64,000 nucleotides of DNA, taken from positions 659 to 64,658 of IMG/VR virus record IMGVR_UViG_3300001688_000618, one strand, 5' to 3'. Position 1 is the first letter of the stretch. Each line of letters opens with the position of its first letter. Of this stretch, positions 49,699 to 59,096 are shown piece after piece. A model generated the notes under the pieces. That model saw nothing but the letters and a program-made list of their open reading frames with translations, did not search any database and was not told the origin of the DNA. The position numbers and the translations under genes were made by a program. Source of the stretch: a virus.

Positions 49699-50128
49699 AT
49701 TGACCTGCCTTTCGCATCGCCCAATACTGTCTCATGTGGTAACGCATATGCTCCGCTCTTGTCATTACTTGTAGGTTGTTAGGATTGTTGTTTCTTGGAT
49801 TGCCATCAATGTGATGAACAACCTCGTCTTGCTTTAACTCTCTGCCTATCTTTACTCTTGCCACCCTACGATGCTCAAAGTCACCAAAAACCTTTTGATA
49901 ATCACATTTGCTTGTAGGTTTCAACATTCTTTGTCTTTTCCTGTCTCTCTGCTCAATAGTTTCCTGTCCTTTGATATTCATAGGATTTGTTGTGCTGTTA
50001 TAAAACGACATTTTTTCGCTATTGTAAGAATGTAGGCACTTCTTACTACAAAAATTAACTCGTTTTAATTTGCTTGGCGGTTTTTCAAACATCCGCCCAC
50101 AATAACAGCAAAATAACTTAACCTTCAT
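49685..50128 (-). CDS. HNH homing-type endonuclease inserted in the helicase gene
   Basis: CCYCGR, FCSKKC; EHRRVA...VVHHIDGNPRNNNPNNLQVMTRAEH. Confidence 0.88.
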   Translation of the reverse strand: MKVKLFCCYCGRMFEKPPSKLKRVNFCSKKCLHSYNSEKMSFYNSTTNPMNIKGQETIEQRDRKRQRMLKPTSKCDYQKVFGDFEHRRVARVKIGRELKQDEVVHHIDGNPRNNNPNNLQVMTRAEHMRYHMRQYWAMRKAGQYEKK

Positions 50129-50213
50129 TGCTCGCCTCCATTAAACCCATCACCTGTAATGCAAATATGAACGCATCCTGTTGGTGTTTATATGGAGTAA
50201 CTTTTACGGGCAT
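50118..50213 (-). CDS. 31-aa N-terminal (Q-motif) fragment of the SNF2 helicase
   Basis: MPVKVTPYKHQQDAFIFALQVMGLMEASNEG; PYxHQ is the typical SNF2 Q-motif. Confidence 0.6.
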   Translation of the reverse strand: MPVKVTPYKHQQDAFIFALQVMGLMEASNEG

Positions 50214-50580
50214 TAATAACTCTTTCTGCCAAGATCCCAAGCACTTTGATGACTGTGTCTCTTGGATTACGGATTCTTCTTGGTTTTTCAATGTCCATCG
50301 CCTCCCAATCAAAGAATTCAACTGCGTCTTCATTACCAATAAACTGTAAAAATCGACTTATGTGTATTGGCTGAATAACTGCATGCTTTTTATACAAGTC
50401 AGAAGCCATAATCATTCCATTTGATGGTTTGTAGTATTCCATTACAAAATCCTCATCATTCCAGTTCTCTTCAACATGATCACCGTCAGTTAAAGCATCA
50501 ATGAATTCCATCTTTCCGACTTTGTATTTTTGTAGGTATTGACCGAGTTTCTCTCCGTCAATAATCATGTCTGCATTCAC
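50188..50580 (-). CDS. Hypothetical protein
   Basis: GTG at 50580 after AAGGAGG. Confidence 0.6.
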   Translation of the reverse strand: MNADMIIDGEKLGQYLQKYKVGKMEFIDALTDGDHVEENWNDEDFVMEYYKPSNGMIMASDLYKKHAVIQPIHISRFLQFIGNEDAVEFFDWEAMDIEKPRRIRNPRDTVIKVLGILAERVINARKSYSI

Positions 50581-50656
50581 TTTTACATCCTCCTTAAAAA
50601 TTGTTTTTTCGTATTGCCTACACTTATATGGAAAGAAAAATGAAAAACTTAACGGT

Positions 50657-51076
50657 CTAATTGCCACTTTTTTCAAAAAATTTTTTCAACGATGCATATA
50701 TGCGTTTCAATTTTTGTGTAATTGCAGGTTCACTGATACCCTGTTTTTTTGCTATTTCTCTTTGATTTTTGCCGTTAAAGAAAACATCTCGCACCAATTT
50801 TTGTTGTTCTGGTGTGAGTTGTTTTATTGCTTTATATAATGTTTGTTTCTCTTCTTTGTCAATTAAAGAGTCTTCTGGTGTAGGTTGCTTATCTTCAAAC
50901 TGCATCCCTGCCTCAGTTAACTCTTCATAAGATGAATTGTGATTTTTGGCGTTCCTTTCTGCTCGCCATTCTGATCTTTTAAATTCTGTTGTTACTTCTT
51001 CATACTTAATTGCGAATTCATCGCTTACCTCTATTTTGATTATTTCTTTCTTTACTTTATAATTAATAGTTTTCAT
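50657..51076 (-). CDS. Sigma-70 region 4 (ECF-like) transcription factor
   Basis: TPED.LI..E...LYKAIKQLTPEQQKLVRDVFFNGKNQREIAK..GISEPAI. Confidence 0.85.
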   Translation of the reverse strand: MKTINYKVKKEIIKIEVSDEFAIKYEEVTTEFKRSEWRAERNAKNHNSSYEELTEAGMQFEDKQPTPEDSLIDKEEKQTLYKAIKQLTPEQQKLVRDVFFNGKNQREIAKKQGISEPAITQKLKRIYASLKKFFEKSGN

Positions 51077-51223
51077 TGTTATCTCCTTTCACATGCGGAC
51101 AGAGAGATAACAAAAAAAGGCTACCTGAAAATACAGGTAGCCCTAAAAAAAGGAACCTTACCTGTCCGCAAATCTTCATTAGCCCTAAACGGCTCTAAAT
51201 CATTACGGACAATTAAAGGTCCC
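51076..51223 (-). promoter_or_regulatory. Structured 5' leader/attenuator of the sigma-like gene
   Basis: Long hairpin + U7; second hairpin GGCTACCTG/CAGGTAGCC + U7; RBS-sequestering stem TTGTTATCTC/GAGATAACAA; alternative pairing TGCGGACAG/CTGTCCGCA. Confidence 0.7.
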
Positions 51224-51256
51224 TCAATTTATTTTTTTAACTGAACATAAACGTTC

Positions 51257-51493
51257 CTACACAACATGAACTCTACTTTGAGTTTGTTGATCACTAAACT
51301 CCATAAGGATATAAATATCGCTTTTGCATTTTTTACATATATTGGTTATATAACATGACTGTTTTTTTCTTTTCTTAGGTTTTACAAGCGTTGCTTTACA
51401 TACGCTATGATCATCAGTGCTGTTACAATCACCAATATATCGCCCACAACAAGGACAATAAATTTTAGTTGTCACCTTTACCTCCCTTTGCAT
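51257..51493 (-). CDS. Small zinc-ribbon protein
   Basis: CPCCG...CKKCK and basic patch KPKKRKK; overlaps the lexA stop. Confidence 0.7.
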   Translation of the reverse strand: MQREVKVTTKIYCPCCGRYIGDCNSTDDHSVCKATLVKPKKRKKQSCYITNICKKCKSDIYILMEFSDQQTQSRVHVV

Positions 51494-52122
51494 CTCGCAA
51501 CATCCTTTATTATATTAACAACTCTACCTCTAATCATAAGTTCACTGATATCATCCACAATAATATCTTTCATCGTTTTATTCTCTGGATGTAATATCAC
51601 CTTACCATTTTCAAAGTAAATTCGTTTTGCCGTTGCCTCATCGCCTATTAAAGCGATAACCATATCACCATTTTGAAAGTCAGCGTCCTTTTTAACAACC
51701 AGTAAATCGCCAGGATCAATACCTGCCTCAATCATACTTTTACCCTTTGCTCGCAGAAGATAAGTGTCCCCTCCACCAAATATTGTTGTAGGTAATGGGA
51801 TCGTCTCTTCTACTTCTTCAAGTGCTAGTGTGGGGCTACCGCAAGCAACTTGACCAACCAAAGGTGCGTTGATAAAAGTGTCTTTCATCATGAGAGCGAG
51901 CGGAATGGCAACTCCACCTACATTTGTTTTTTCAATTAAACCTTCTTTTTCCAGCAAGTTTACATACCTATGCACCATAGAAAGAGAAACCAAATTCATA
52001 TCGTTCATGATTTTTCTAAATGATGGGGATCGCCCATTCTCTTCTTGATACTTCTTAATGTACTCAAGCATACGATTTTTAATTGATTCGTTGTAAGTAT
52101 TCATTTTCGTTTCCTCACTCAT
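51478..52122 (-). CDS. lexA: LexA-family repressor (prophage-encoded)
   Basis: wHTH GRSPSFRKI; VACG cleavage-site region; GKSMIEAGI catalytic Ser; ATAKR catalytic Lys. Confidence 0.88.
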   Translation of the reverse strand: MSEETKMNTYNESIKNRMLEYIKKYQEENGRSPSFRKIMNDMNLVSLSMVHRYVNLLEKEGLIEKTNVGGVAIPLALMMKDTFINAPLVGQVACGSPTLALEEVEETIPLPTTIFGGGDTYLLRAKGKSMIEAGIDPGDLLVVKKDADFQNGDMVIALIGDEATAKRIYFENGKVILHPENKTMKDIIVDDISELMIRGRVVNIIKDVARCKGR

Positions 52123-52177
52123 TACAGAACTCGTGTTCTGTATTCATATTATAGAACATATGTTCTGTTTTTGTCAA
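52123..52177 (-). promoter_or_regulatory. Consensus sigma-A promoter with two Firmicute SOS (Cheo) boxes
   Basis: TTGACA(52177-52172)-18 bp-TATAAT(52153-52148); boxes TACAGAAC-tcgt-GTTCTGTA (52123-52142) and AGAAC-atat-GTTCT (52153-52166). Confidence 0.88.
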
Positions 52178-52231
52178 TCACTTGTGACATTTTTCTTTAA
52201 AAATTTTTAAGTTTTTCTAAAAATGCCGTTA

Positions 52232-52269
52232 ATAAAAGCAAATACAAATATGTCTGTATCTGCTTTTTT
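52232..52269. terminator. Terminator after the defence operon
   Basis: AAAAGCAaATACA...TGTATcTGCTTTT. Confidence 0.6.
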
Positions 52270-52277
52270 AATATAAA

Positions 52278-52643
52278 TTATTTGTGTAGGTAGTTAATGC
52301 GATACTTCGTTGGCAAATTTTTGTTAATAACTACCCCAATTAAATCCTTTCTGCCTGTAAATGCGTTGCTTATATTTGTTATATCCGTATCGTTGACATC
52401 CCTCATCTCAATTATACAAAGATTACATTTTGTTTTTGGCTCTATATTTATAGTTTTGATGAAATTAATGTCATTTGTTTCCAAATATTCCAACATAGCA
52501 TCGTAGTCTGATCCAAAAAATTGCTTTAACTCAAATTCTTCTCTCATAACCAAAGCATTACCTTTTGGATTGTTTATTATATCCTCCATCAACTCATCAA
52601 TTCTTTTCTGTTCCGTTTTATTAGTTTGTAGGTTTATTTTCAC
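52278..52643 (-). CDS. Hypothetical protein at the end of the defence operon
   Basis: 121 aa, GTG start after AGGTG. Confidence 0.55.
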   Translation of the reverse strand: MKINLQTNKTEQKRIDELMEDIINNPKGNALVMREEFELKQFFGSDYDAMLEYLETNDINFIKTINIEPKTKCNLCIIEMRDVNDTDITNISNAFTGRKDLIGVVINKNLPTKYRINYLHK

Positions 52644-52655
52644 ATTACACCTGCC

Positions 52656-55100
52656 CTAATCTTGCATATAACTATCATATATCGCCTTCGCTACTTTTTC
52701 TACATCATCTGATTTTTTTAGCAGGATACAGTATTTGTTTGAATAGTTATAATCAGTCATCTCGCCAAGTCTTAATGTTGTGTCCTGTGGTTCATGTTTA
52801 ATAAAAATCTTTATCTGAGACTTTTGAATAAATGCGTATGCCACACAGTTTTCATTCCTATCATAAAAACCTACATACATAACATTTGCTCTTTCATATA
52901 AATCATGAATTGAATTCTTTAATTCATAGAATAATGAGTTATAAATGCCGACCATATTTGCATCTTTGTCTTTTAGATGGTCGTCTAACTTCATACTGCC
53001 TTCTTCATCTTTTCTGTTTACATCACGATCATCATATGTTTCTTTTATTAATGGCTCTGAAACTGCTCTACCATCACCTACAAATGATATTCCTAACATT
53101 TCAAGTTTGTCTTCATCAGTCCCAAGTGATACTTGCCACCTATCTTCCATAAACTTTAACAAGTGAAGACCTCTCTCTTTGATTGTTTCAGGATTCCAGT
53201 CATTGTATTTTGAAACTTCAATCTCTGCATTAGATCCGTTTGAATAACCTCTAGTCCTCTTACCATTTGCATTTTTCTTTAATTCAAATTCATCGTTCTG
53301 TAAAGATGAGTTAACACTTTGTGATAAAGGTAGCAAGTTTCCAAGCGAATTTGCCAACAACTTCTTTTCATCCTTGTTATAGTCTCTGAATTGATTTCGC
53401 CAATACCAACAACTTGGCGTTTGTGGGAATATATGCTCAATTGATATTTTATCCTTGTCATTCTTTGTGAATTTAGACCAGTCATCAAGTTTAACCACAT
53501 GAGTTTTTTCACTTAATGAATACTCATATTCAAATAAGAAATATTTTAAATCGTACCAATCATAGTAACCATCATTGTTCTTGCATAAAGCGACCATTTT
53601 GCTTTTGAAAATGCTAACAGCTGTTGCCAACTCTTCATTGAATACTGTGTCAATGTAGGTCTTAACATCTCCAATAGTCATCTCTCCAAACATCAACTGC
53701 CTTGCATATCCATAAATAACATTACTTCTAAAACTTGCCTGGAATCGTGCCATACGGAAGACAAGGAATATAAATTTCTCAATTGATTTGAACAACTCAA
53801 TTCTCTCTTCCGATGTTATACTTTCATTTATAAATGAAGCAACAACAAGCGTTCTAAAGTAGTTAATACCTATTCTATTTAATTTATCAATCCACTTCTT
53901 TTCATCTGCGGTTAAAGGATTATTTCCGTCAGAAAAATAAGGATTGTAAGAATAGAACCAGTATTTAGCAACACTCTTCAAACTTTCAATATAAGAAACA
54001 ATATCTGACGGCTGAATTTTATCAACAGCAACAACTGTTTTTGTGTCGTTGTTTTCTACTTCCTCGCCATCCTCTTCTACTACATCATCCATGACCACAG
54101 TTCTTTTCAAACCAAATACCGCCTTTGGTGTGAAATGTTGGTCTAATAAAAACTTAATATAATCGTTTCCTTTATTCCTTGAATATTTGTAAAACAATGT
54201 CCAATGGCTCTTCAAATACTCGTCATCATTAAGGGCTTTTGCTTTATTTCTGCCAAGTTGAAAATATACTTCCTTCCAAGCATTGTTGATGTCCTTTCTC
54301 AACTGTTCTTTTTCATCAACTGATAATTTGTCATCGCTAAACAATGTTGTTAGGTATATAAGTCTATTTTTGAGTATTTCCAAATGCGAGAGTTGTTTTC
54401 CACGATTGTTCATCGTTTCAAAAGCAACAAAAACATCAAAATCATCATCAATAATATGTAGGTTGAATTGAAGTCTATTTATCAATTTACTAAATAACTC
54501 ATCAATTCCTGCACTTTTATCAGACAATCCACCAAGAGTTTCTTTGAGTTTTTCATCAAAGAATGACTTTGCTCTTTCAAGATTTCTCGTATAGAAAGTC
54601 TCTGTGATTGTTCCGCTGTTTTTCTCTCCGAAGATTTTGTACCTCAAATATTCAAAACTTGGATTATCTACTGTGTAACCGAATTTATATGCTTTGAGTA
54701 TTTTTTCAGGTTTCTTATACTCGATGATATACCTACTCTCAATGTCCTCGATAGTTTTACCCATTATATATTCAATGCCATTTGCTTTTGCAAAATCAAT
54801 TATTGAATTAACAAGTATAACAAAAGTCGTCAATCTCTGTTGACCATCAACAACATGATACGCTGTGTATCCTTGATTTAATAACCACCCTTCTTCTATC
54901 CAGTCTTTTGTTTCACTTCTCTTTAATTCTTTGAGTGATAACATTCCTGTATAGTGATAACGATTATCGGTTAAATTCGTTAAATCTTCCCAAAAATCAT
55001 CAAGCTGATCCTCTCCCCAGGCATAACCCCTTTGATAATCAGGAATTCTAAAAATTTTATTAACAAACAACTCTGATAATGATAACAATTCTCTACTCAT
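52656..55100 (-). CDS. GmrSD-like (DUF262 + DUF1524/HNH) modification-dependent restriction enzyme with extra C-terminal domain
   Basis: IPDYQRGYAW, VVDGQQRLTT, FETMNNRG, SIEHIFPQ, LGNLLPL...N. Confidence 0.88.
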   Translation of the reverse strand: MSRELLSLSELFVNKIFRIPDYQRGYAWGEDQLDDFWEDLTNLTDNRYHYTGMLSLKELKRSETKDWIEEGWLLNQGYTAYHVVDGQQRLTTFVILVNSIIDFAKANGIEYIMGKTIEDIESRYIIEYKKPEKILKAYKFGYTVDNPSFEYLRYKIFGEKNSGTITETFYTRNLERAKSFFDEKLKETLGGLSDKSAGIDELFSKLINRLQFNLHIIDDDFDVFVAFETMNNRGKQLSHLEILKNRLIYLTTLFSDDKLSVDEKEQLRKDINNAWKEVYFQLGRNKAKALNDDEYLKSHWTLFYKYSRNKGNDYIKFLLDQHFTPKAVFGLKRTVVMDDVVEEDGEEVENNDTKTVVAVDKIQPSDIVSYIESLKSVAKYWFYSYNPYFSDGNNPLTADEKKWIDKLNRIGINYFRTLVVASFINESITSEERIELFKSIEKFIFLVFRMARFQASFRSNVIYGYARQLMFGEMTIGDVKTYIDTVFNEELATAVSIFKSKMVALCKNNDGYYDWYDLKYFLFEYEYSLSEKTHVVKLDDWSKFTKNDKDKISIEHIFPQTPSCWYWRNQFRDYNKDEKKLLANSLGNLLPLSQSVNSSLQNDEFELKKNANGKRTRGYSNGSNAEIEVSKYNDWNPETIKERGLHLLKFMEDRWQVSLGTDEDKLEMLGISFVGDGRAVSEPLIKETYDDRDVNRKDEEGSMKLDDHLKDKDANMVGIYNSLFYELKNSIHDLYERANVMYVGFYDRNENCVAYAFIQKSQIKIFIKHEPQDTTLRLGEMTDYNYSNKYCILLKKSDDVEKVAKAIYDSYMQD

Positions 55101-55115
55101 AAAACATCCTTCTTC

Positions 55116-57962
55116 TTAAATGATTGAGTCAATAATTCCAATCAATTCCTTTATTTTTACACTGTTAAATATGCCATTGAAATTCAACTCTTCCCTCAAC
55201 AAATCTCTTCTGTCAAATTTGCCATTTTGAGAAATGAACAGTAACAATTCCCTAGCATAAGTAACTTGAATATCATTGAATCCTTTTTCTTTCAAAACAT
55301 TAACAAGGTGATCAACTGCAACAGGATTGAATTCAATCGTTTTTCTTACAAATTCAATCAAATCCTCGTCTTTTTCAAACAATTTTGCATATTCGTCAGC
55401 ACTTTTTGCGATTTTCAATACCTCGCCCTTAAATTGCATTAAATCCTCTTTTGTAGGTTTTACAAGGTTTTGTACCTTGTTTATTAATGCAATTTCAGCA
55501 TGGTTTTGAATGAAAAACTGCAATTTTTCATCAAGTGTTTTGAAATCATCAATTGTTATGTTGAAATCAACCTGCTCTTCTTCTGCATCGTTGTAGGTTG
55601 AAATCGCATCATCAAAGTCTGAAATTATAGGATTAAATTCGCTACTATCAATATAGCGCATCAAATCTCTTAACTCTTCCCTTATTTCATTAACCCTTGT
55701 TATAGTTGAATCCTTGATAAATTCGTCTGATGCAACATACTGCAAAGTATCCATGTGCGATGCGACTTCGCCAACCTGCGACTTATGAACTATGAGCAAA
55801 TTCGCAAGAGTATAAATCGTTTTTGCCGTTTTCTTAAACTCGTTGTTCATATAAATTCGTGTTGAAGCGAACTTATAACACAAATAATCAAATCCCCTTG
55901 CGGATTCCAAATCAATCTCACCCTGAATGTTTGGTGCTATGTGCTTTTTAACTTCTGCCCAGTTTGTTTGATTAAAATTAATCCAACCTGAAACATCTGA
56001 ATATTTGTTAACGAACTCAAGATTGTTTTTTACGCCGATATAGTTTCTGTTAAGTTTCTTAATATCAGCGATTAAATCATCTCTTAATGTTTCAAAATAT
56101 TTTTTATCAATAACATCAAGTTTTGAGTAATTTGCCTGCATAACCTTATACAAGGTAACCTTCTGCATATAAATCTTTTGATAAAGTGACAATGCATCCT
56201 CAGCCCTGTCTTCTCTACCATCGGGATTCATCTTAAAGAATGGGAATACATTACAAATATCAAATATTAAGAAGCCCTGCTTATCGTTGTAAACCTTCCT
56301 TGTTTTATCATTTGAAAGTCTCTCAAAATACTGCTTTGATGGAGATAAAACTTTCAATCCAGGACATAACCTTGTGCCACGCCCAATCATCTGCCAAAAC
56401 TTAATCTTTGATAAAACTTTCTTAAAGAATACCAAGTTGACAACTTCAGGTATATCAACACCTGTGTCCATCATATCAACTGAAACAACAATTCTTATGT
56501 CTTGCTTATTCTTAAACTCTCTTTGCAAAACTTCATTATATCTGATTTGATTGTCGATAACGACACAATAGTCAACGCCATTTTTGTTGTTTTTCAAGCA
56601 TAATTCCTTATACATTTGACGGAATGTGTCCTGAATCAACAAAGCGTGTCTGTGATCTCTCGCAAAAATAATTGTTTTTCCTAAAACATCTCCGTTGTTT
56701 ACTCTTATACCTTCATTCATCAGGTCGCTCAAAACTTCTCTGATTGTGTCTACATTGTATATTGTTGAAATGAACTTGTCACCCTCAATCTCCTCTGGTA
56801 TTGAGCCATCATCTTCAGTAAACAAGTCTTCATATTGTTCCTGCTCTTCCTGTGAAAGATCGTTATACTTCAATCCATTTTTCAAAATGTTAGGAGTTCT
56901 ATCCAAAGCCCTGTAATAAGTCAAATAATTATCTTTAACGGCTTGAATAACATCATAATCATAGTTTGGTGTTTCATCAGGGATTTCAAAAACAGTGTAG
57001 GTTGACTTACTTACATCATTTCTTGGTGTCGCAGTCAAACCAACCATCATTGCATCAAAGTAATTGAAAATCTCGCCATATTTATTAAATAAACTTCTAT
57101 GTGCCTCATCAACTATAATCAGGTCAAAATGCCCTATTCCGTAAGGACAATGATCAAGGTCTCTAATTATTGAAATCATTGACTGATAAGTTGAAAAAAC
57201 AATTCTTGCTTTTGATTCATTGCCTTCTCTTTGGCCATCAGCAATTACCGCCATATCAACGCCAGTCAAGAACTTCTCAAAAGTTTCCTCTTTTGCTTGC
57301 TTAACAAGGTTAACTCTATCAGCAAGGAATAGAATTCTCTTTACAAAGTTGTTTCTTAACAAAATCTCACTCAAAGCACAAGACACACGAGTTTTACCTG
57401 TCCCTGTCGCAAGGACAATCAAAGAACGAGCATGATTAGTTTTGAAATTGTTAACGACTTTCTCAATTGCCTCTTTCTGATAATATCTACCACATATATC
57501 TTCTCTGACTTTTGTATCAACAAGTTTGAAATCTCGCCTTTGAATTAAATATTCTAACTCTGCTTTTTTATGAAAACCGAAAACTTGGCGTGTAGGCAAC
57601 ACTCCATCACTTACCATTATTCTATAACCGTTTGTATAATAAACAACTGGTCTAACGCCATACTGGTTTTCCAAAGCATCGGCATAAAGGAATGCCTGAA
57701 CTCTACCACGCTCTTCGCTTACAACCGATTTTTTTGCCTCTATTAAAGCAAGTGGCTTACCATCATCGCCAAATAAAACATAATCAACAAAACCATTGCC
57801 TGTTGGATTCTCTGTTGTTACAGGCATTCCTGTAACAGGCGTTTCAATACAAGCCTTGTTCTTTTCAATTATGTATTTTTCATTGATAACTTCCCATCCT
57901 GCGTGTCTTAATGCTGGATCTATAAGTTCTATTCTTGTTTGATGTTCGTTTCTCGCCATCAT
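55116..57962 (-). CDS. hsdR: Type I restriction enzyme R subunit (EcoAI/EcoEI-like)
   Basis: GFVDYVL...IEAKK; ATGTGKT; DEAHRS; LTATP; QMIGRGTR. Confidence 0.93.
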   Translation of the reverse strand: MMARNEHQTRIELIDPALRHAGWEVINEKYIIEKNKACIETPVTGMPVTTENPTGNGFVDYVLFGDDGKPLALIEAKKSVVSEERGRVQAFLYADALENQYGVRPVVYYTNGYRIMVSDGVLPTRQVFGFHKKAELEYLIQRRDFKLVDTKVREDICGRYYQKEAIEKVVNNFKTNHARSLIVLATGTGKTRVSCALSEILLRNNFVKRILFLADRVNLVKQAKEETFEKFLTGVDMAVIADGQREGNESKARIVFSTYQSMISIIRDLDHCPYGIGHFDLIIVDEAHRSLFNKYGEIFNYFDAMMVGLTATPRNDVSKSTYTVFEIPDETPNYDYDVIQAVKDNYLTYYRALDRTPNILKNGLKYNDLSQEEQEQYEDLFTEDDGSIPEEIEGDKFISTIYNVDTIREVLSDLMNEGIRVNNGDVLGKTIIFARDHRHALLIQDTFRQMYKELCLKNNKNGVDYCVVIDNQIRYNEVLQREFKNKQDIRIVVSVDMMDTGVDIPEVVNLVFFKKVLSKIKFWQMIGRGTRLCPGLKVLSPSKQYFERLSNDKTRKVYNDKQGFLIFDICNVFPFFKMNPDGREDRAEDALSLYQKIYMQKVTLYKVMQANYSKLDVIDKKYFETLRDDLIADIKKLNRNYIGVKNNLEFVNKYSDVSGWINFNQTNWAEVKKHIAPNIQGEIDLESARGFDYLCYKFASTRIYMNNEFKKTAKTIYTLANLLIVHKSQVGEVASHMDTLQYVASDEFIKDSTITRVNEIREELRDLMRYIDSSEFNPIISDFDDAISTYNDAEEEQVDFNITIDDFKTLDEKLQFFIQNHAEIALINKVQNLVKPTKEDLMQFKGEVLKIAKSADEYAKLFEKDEDLIEFVRKTIEFNPVAVDHLVNVLKEKGFNDIQVTYARELLLFISQNGKFDRRDLLREELNFNGIFNSVKIKELIGIIDSII

Positions 57963-57968
57963 TGTCTC

Positions 57969-59096
57969 CTAATTAAAATATTCATCCATTTTTTTACTAA
58001 GCAATTCTCTGTATTTTTTGTTATCCTCTTCTAATAATGAAATTTGTTTATCCACTTTTGTAACAAAATCGTTGAACTTTAATTGCTGTTCCATTTTTGG
58101 TAATGGAATCAGTTGTTTCCCAATATCCTTTGCTGAAGGCAAATGTTTTAGGCATCCATTCCTTACCATTCCTACAAGTTTAGGCAATAAATAATTATCC
58201 CACATTACTTCAAAGAATTTCGGAGCAATTTTACTCTCATTTAATGTTAGTCTTAGTAAAGATGCAGAGATTATTCCTCTTTCAATATCATCTGGTAGTC
58301 TAATATACTTCCCCAAGGTACCATCGCAAGTTATTAAATAGTCTTTAGGATGAACTTCAAACCTATTCATTTTTTTATCAAAGTACTCTTTTGAAATGTA
58401 ATAATCACCAAGTTCATGATTTTTCTCAATAGCATTTACTTGAATATAAACTTTGTATGTGTCCTCTCCTTTAGGAACATAAAGCGATTTTTTTATATCA
58501 CTACCAAAAGGTCCCTTCGTCATATTTTTTACAACCGTTTCAAATAAACAAGTATTATTTTCATTCTCAAACATTTCTATAAATCTAGATTTAATCAACT
58601 CTTTTGCCAGTTCTACTTTTCTGTTATTAATTGCAATATTCTCTTCAATTTTTGAAAATAAATCTACCATTTTTACTTGTTCTTCCATATTTGGAATAAC
58701 AACTTTATAAATTTCTCTTATTTTAGAAGGATGTGCTTTAAAAGTATAGTCAAAATTTATGTCCAACCATTGAATATAAAGGCAATAGTAAAGGAACTTC
58801 GTGTTTAGCATATTTGGTTTATTAACTTTTATCCAACCACAAACATTGGTTACAGAATATTTATGTTTATCTCTATAAAACAGCCTTCCACCACCATCAA
58901 TACTCCAAGTAATTCTCTCATCATCAAACATATATTTCCCATATCTGCCGAACTCACCATTTCCTGTTGCAGAACTTGAGTATACTGGATAATCACCTTT
59001 TGTTGCTAGCATGTCATCCTTGCTTATTATTTGACCTCTTCCAAGAGTTACTATTCCTTCTTTTTCTAAATCTTTCAACAAATAACTCTTCATCAT
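57969..59096 (-). CDS. hsdS: Type I R-M specificity subunit
   Basis: Two TRDs with IP..EEQ / LP..EQQ conserved regions; IKSRFIEMF. Confidence 0.88.
   Translation of the reverse strand: MMKSYLLKDLEKEGIVTLGRGQIISKDDMLATKGDYPVYSSSATGNGEFGRYGKYMFDDERITWSIDGGGRLFYRDKHKYSVTNVCGWIKVNKPNMLNTKFLYYCLYIQWLDINFDYTFKAHPSKIREIYKVVIPNMEEQVKMVDLFSKIEENIAINNRKVELAKELIKSRFIEMFENENNTCLFETVVKNMTKGPFGSDIKKSLYVPKGEDTYKVYIQVNAIEKNHELGDYYISKEYFDKKMNRFEVHPKDYLITCDGTLGKYIRLPDDIERGIISASLLRLTLNESKIAPKFFEVMWDNYLLPKLVGMVRNGCLKHLPSAKDIGKQLIPLPKMEQQLKFNDFVTKVDKQISLLEEDNKKYRELLSKKMDEYFN

Noticed and set aside
49685..50128. Group I intron in the helicase gene
   Set aside because: The HNH ORF overlaps both helicase fragments, leaving no non-coding space, and I recognised no P/Q/R/S elements.
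51243..51256. GAAC-ataaac-GTTC as a third SOS box
   Set aside because: The spacer is 6 bp rather than 4.
57969..59096. Phase-variable (invertible) hsdS
   Set aside because: Single hsdS; I saw no silent TRD copies, flanking inverted repeats or adjacent invertase.
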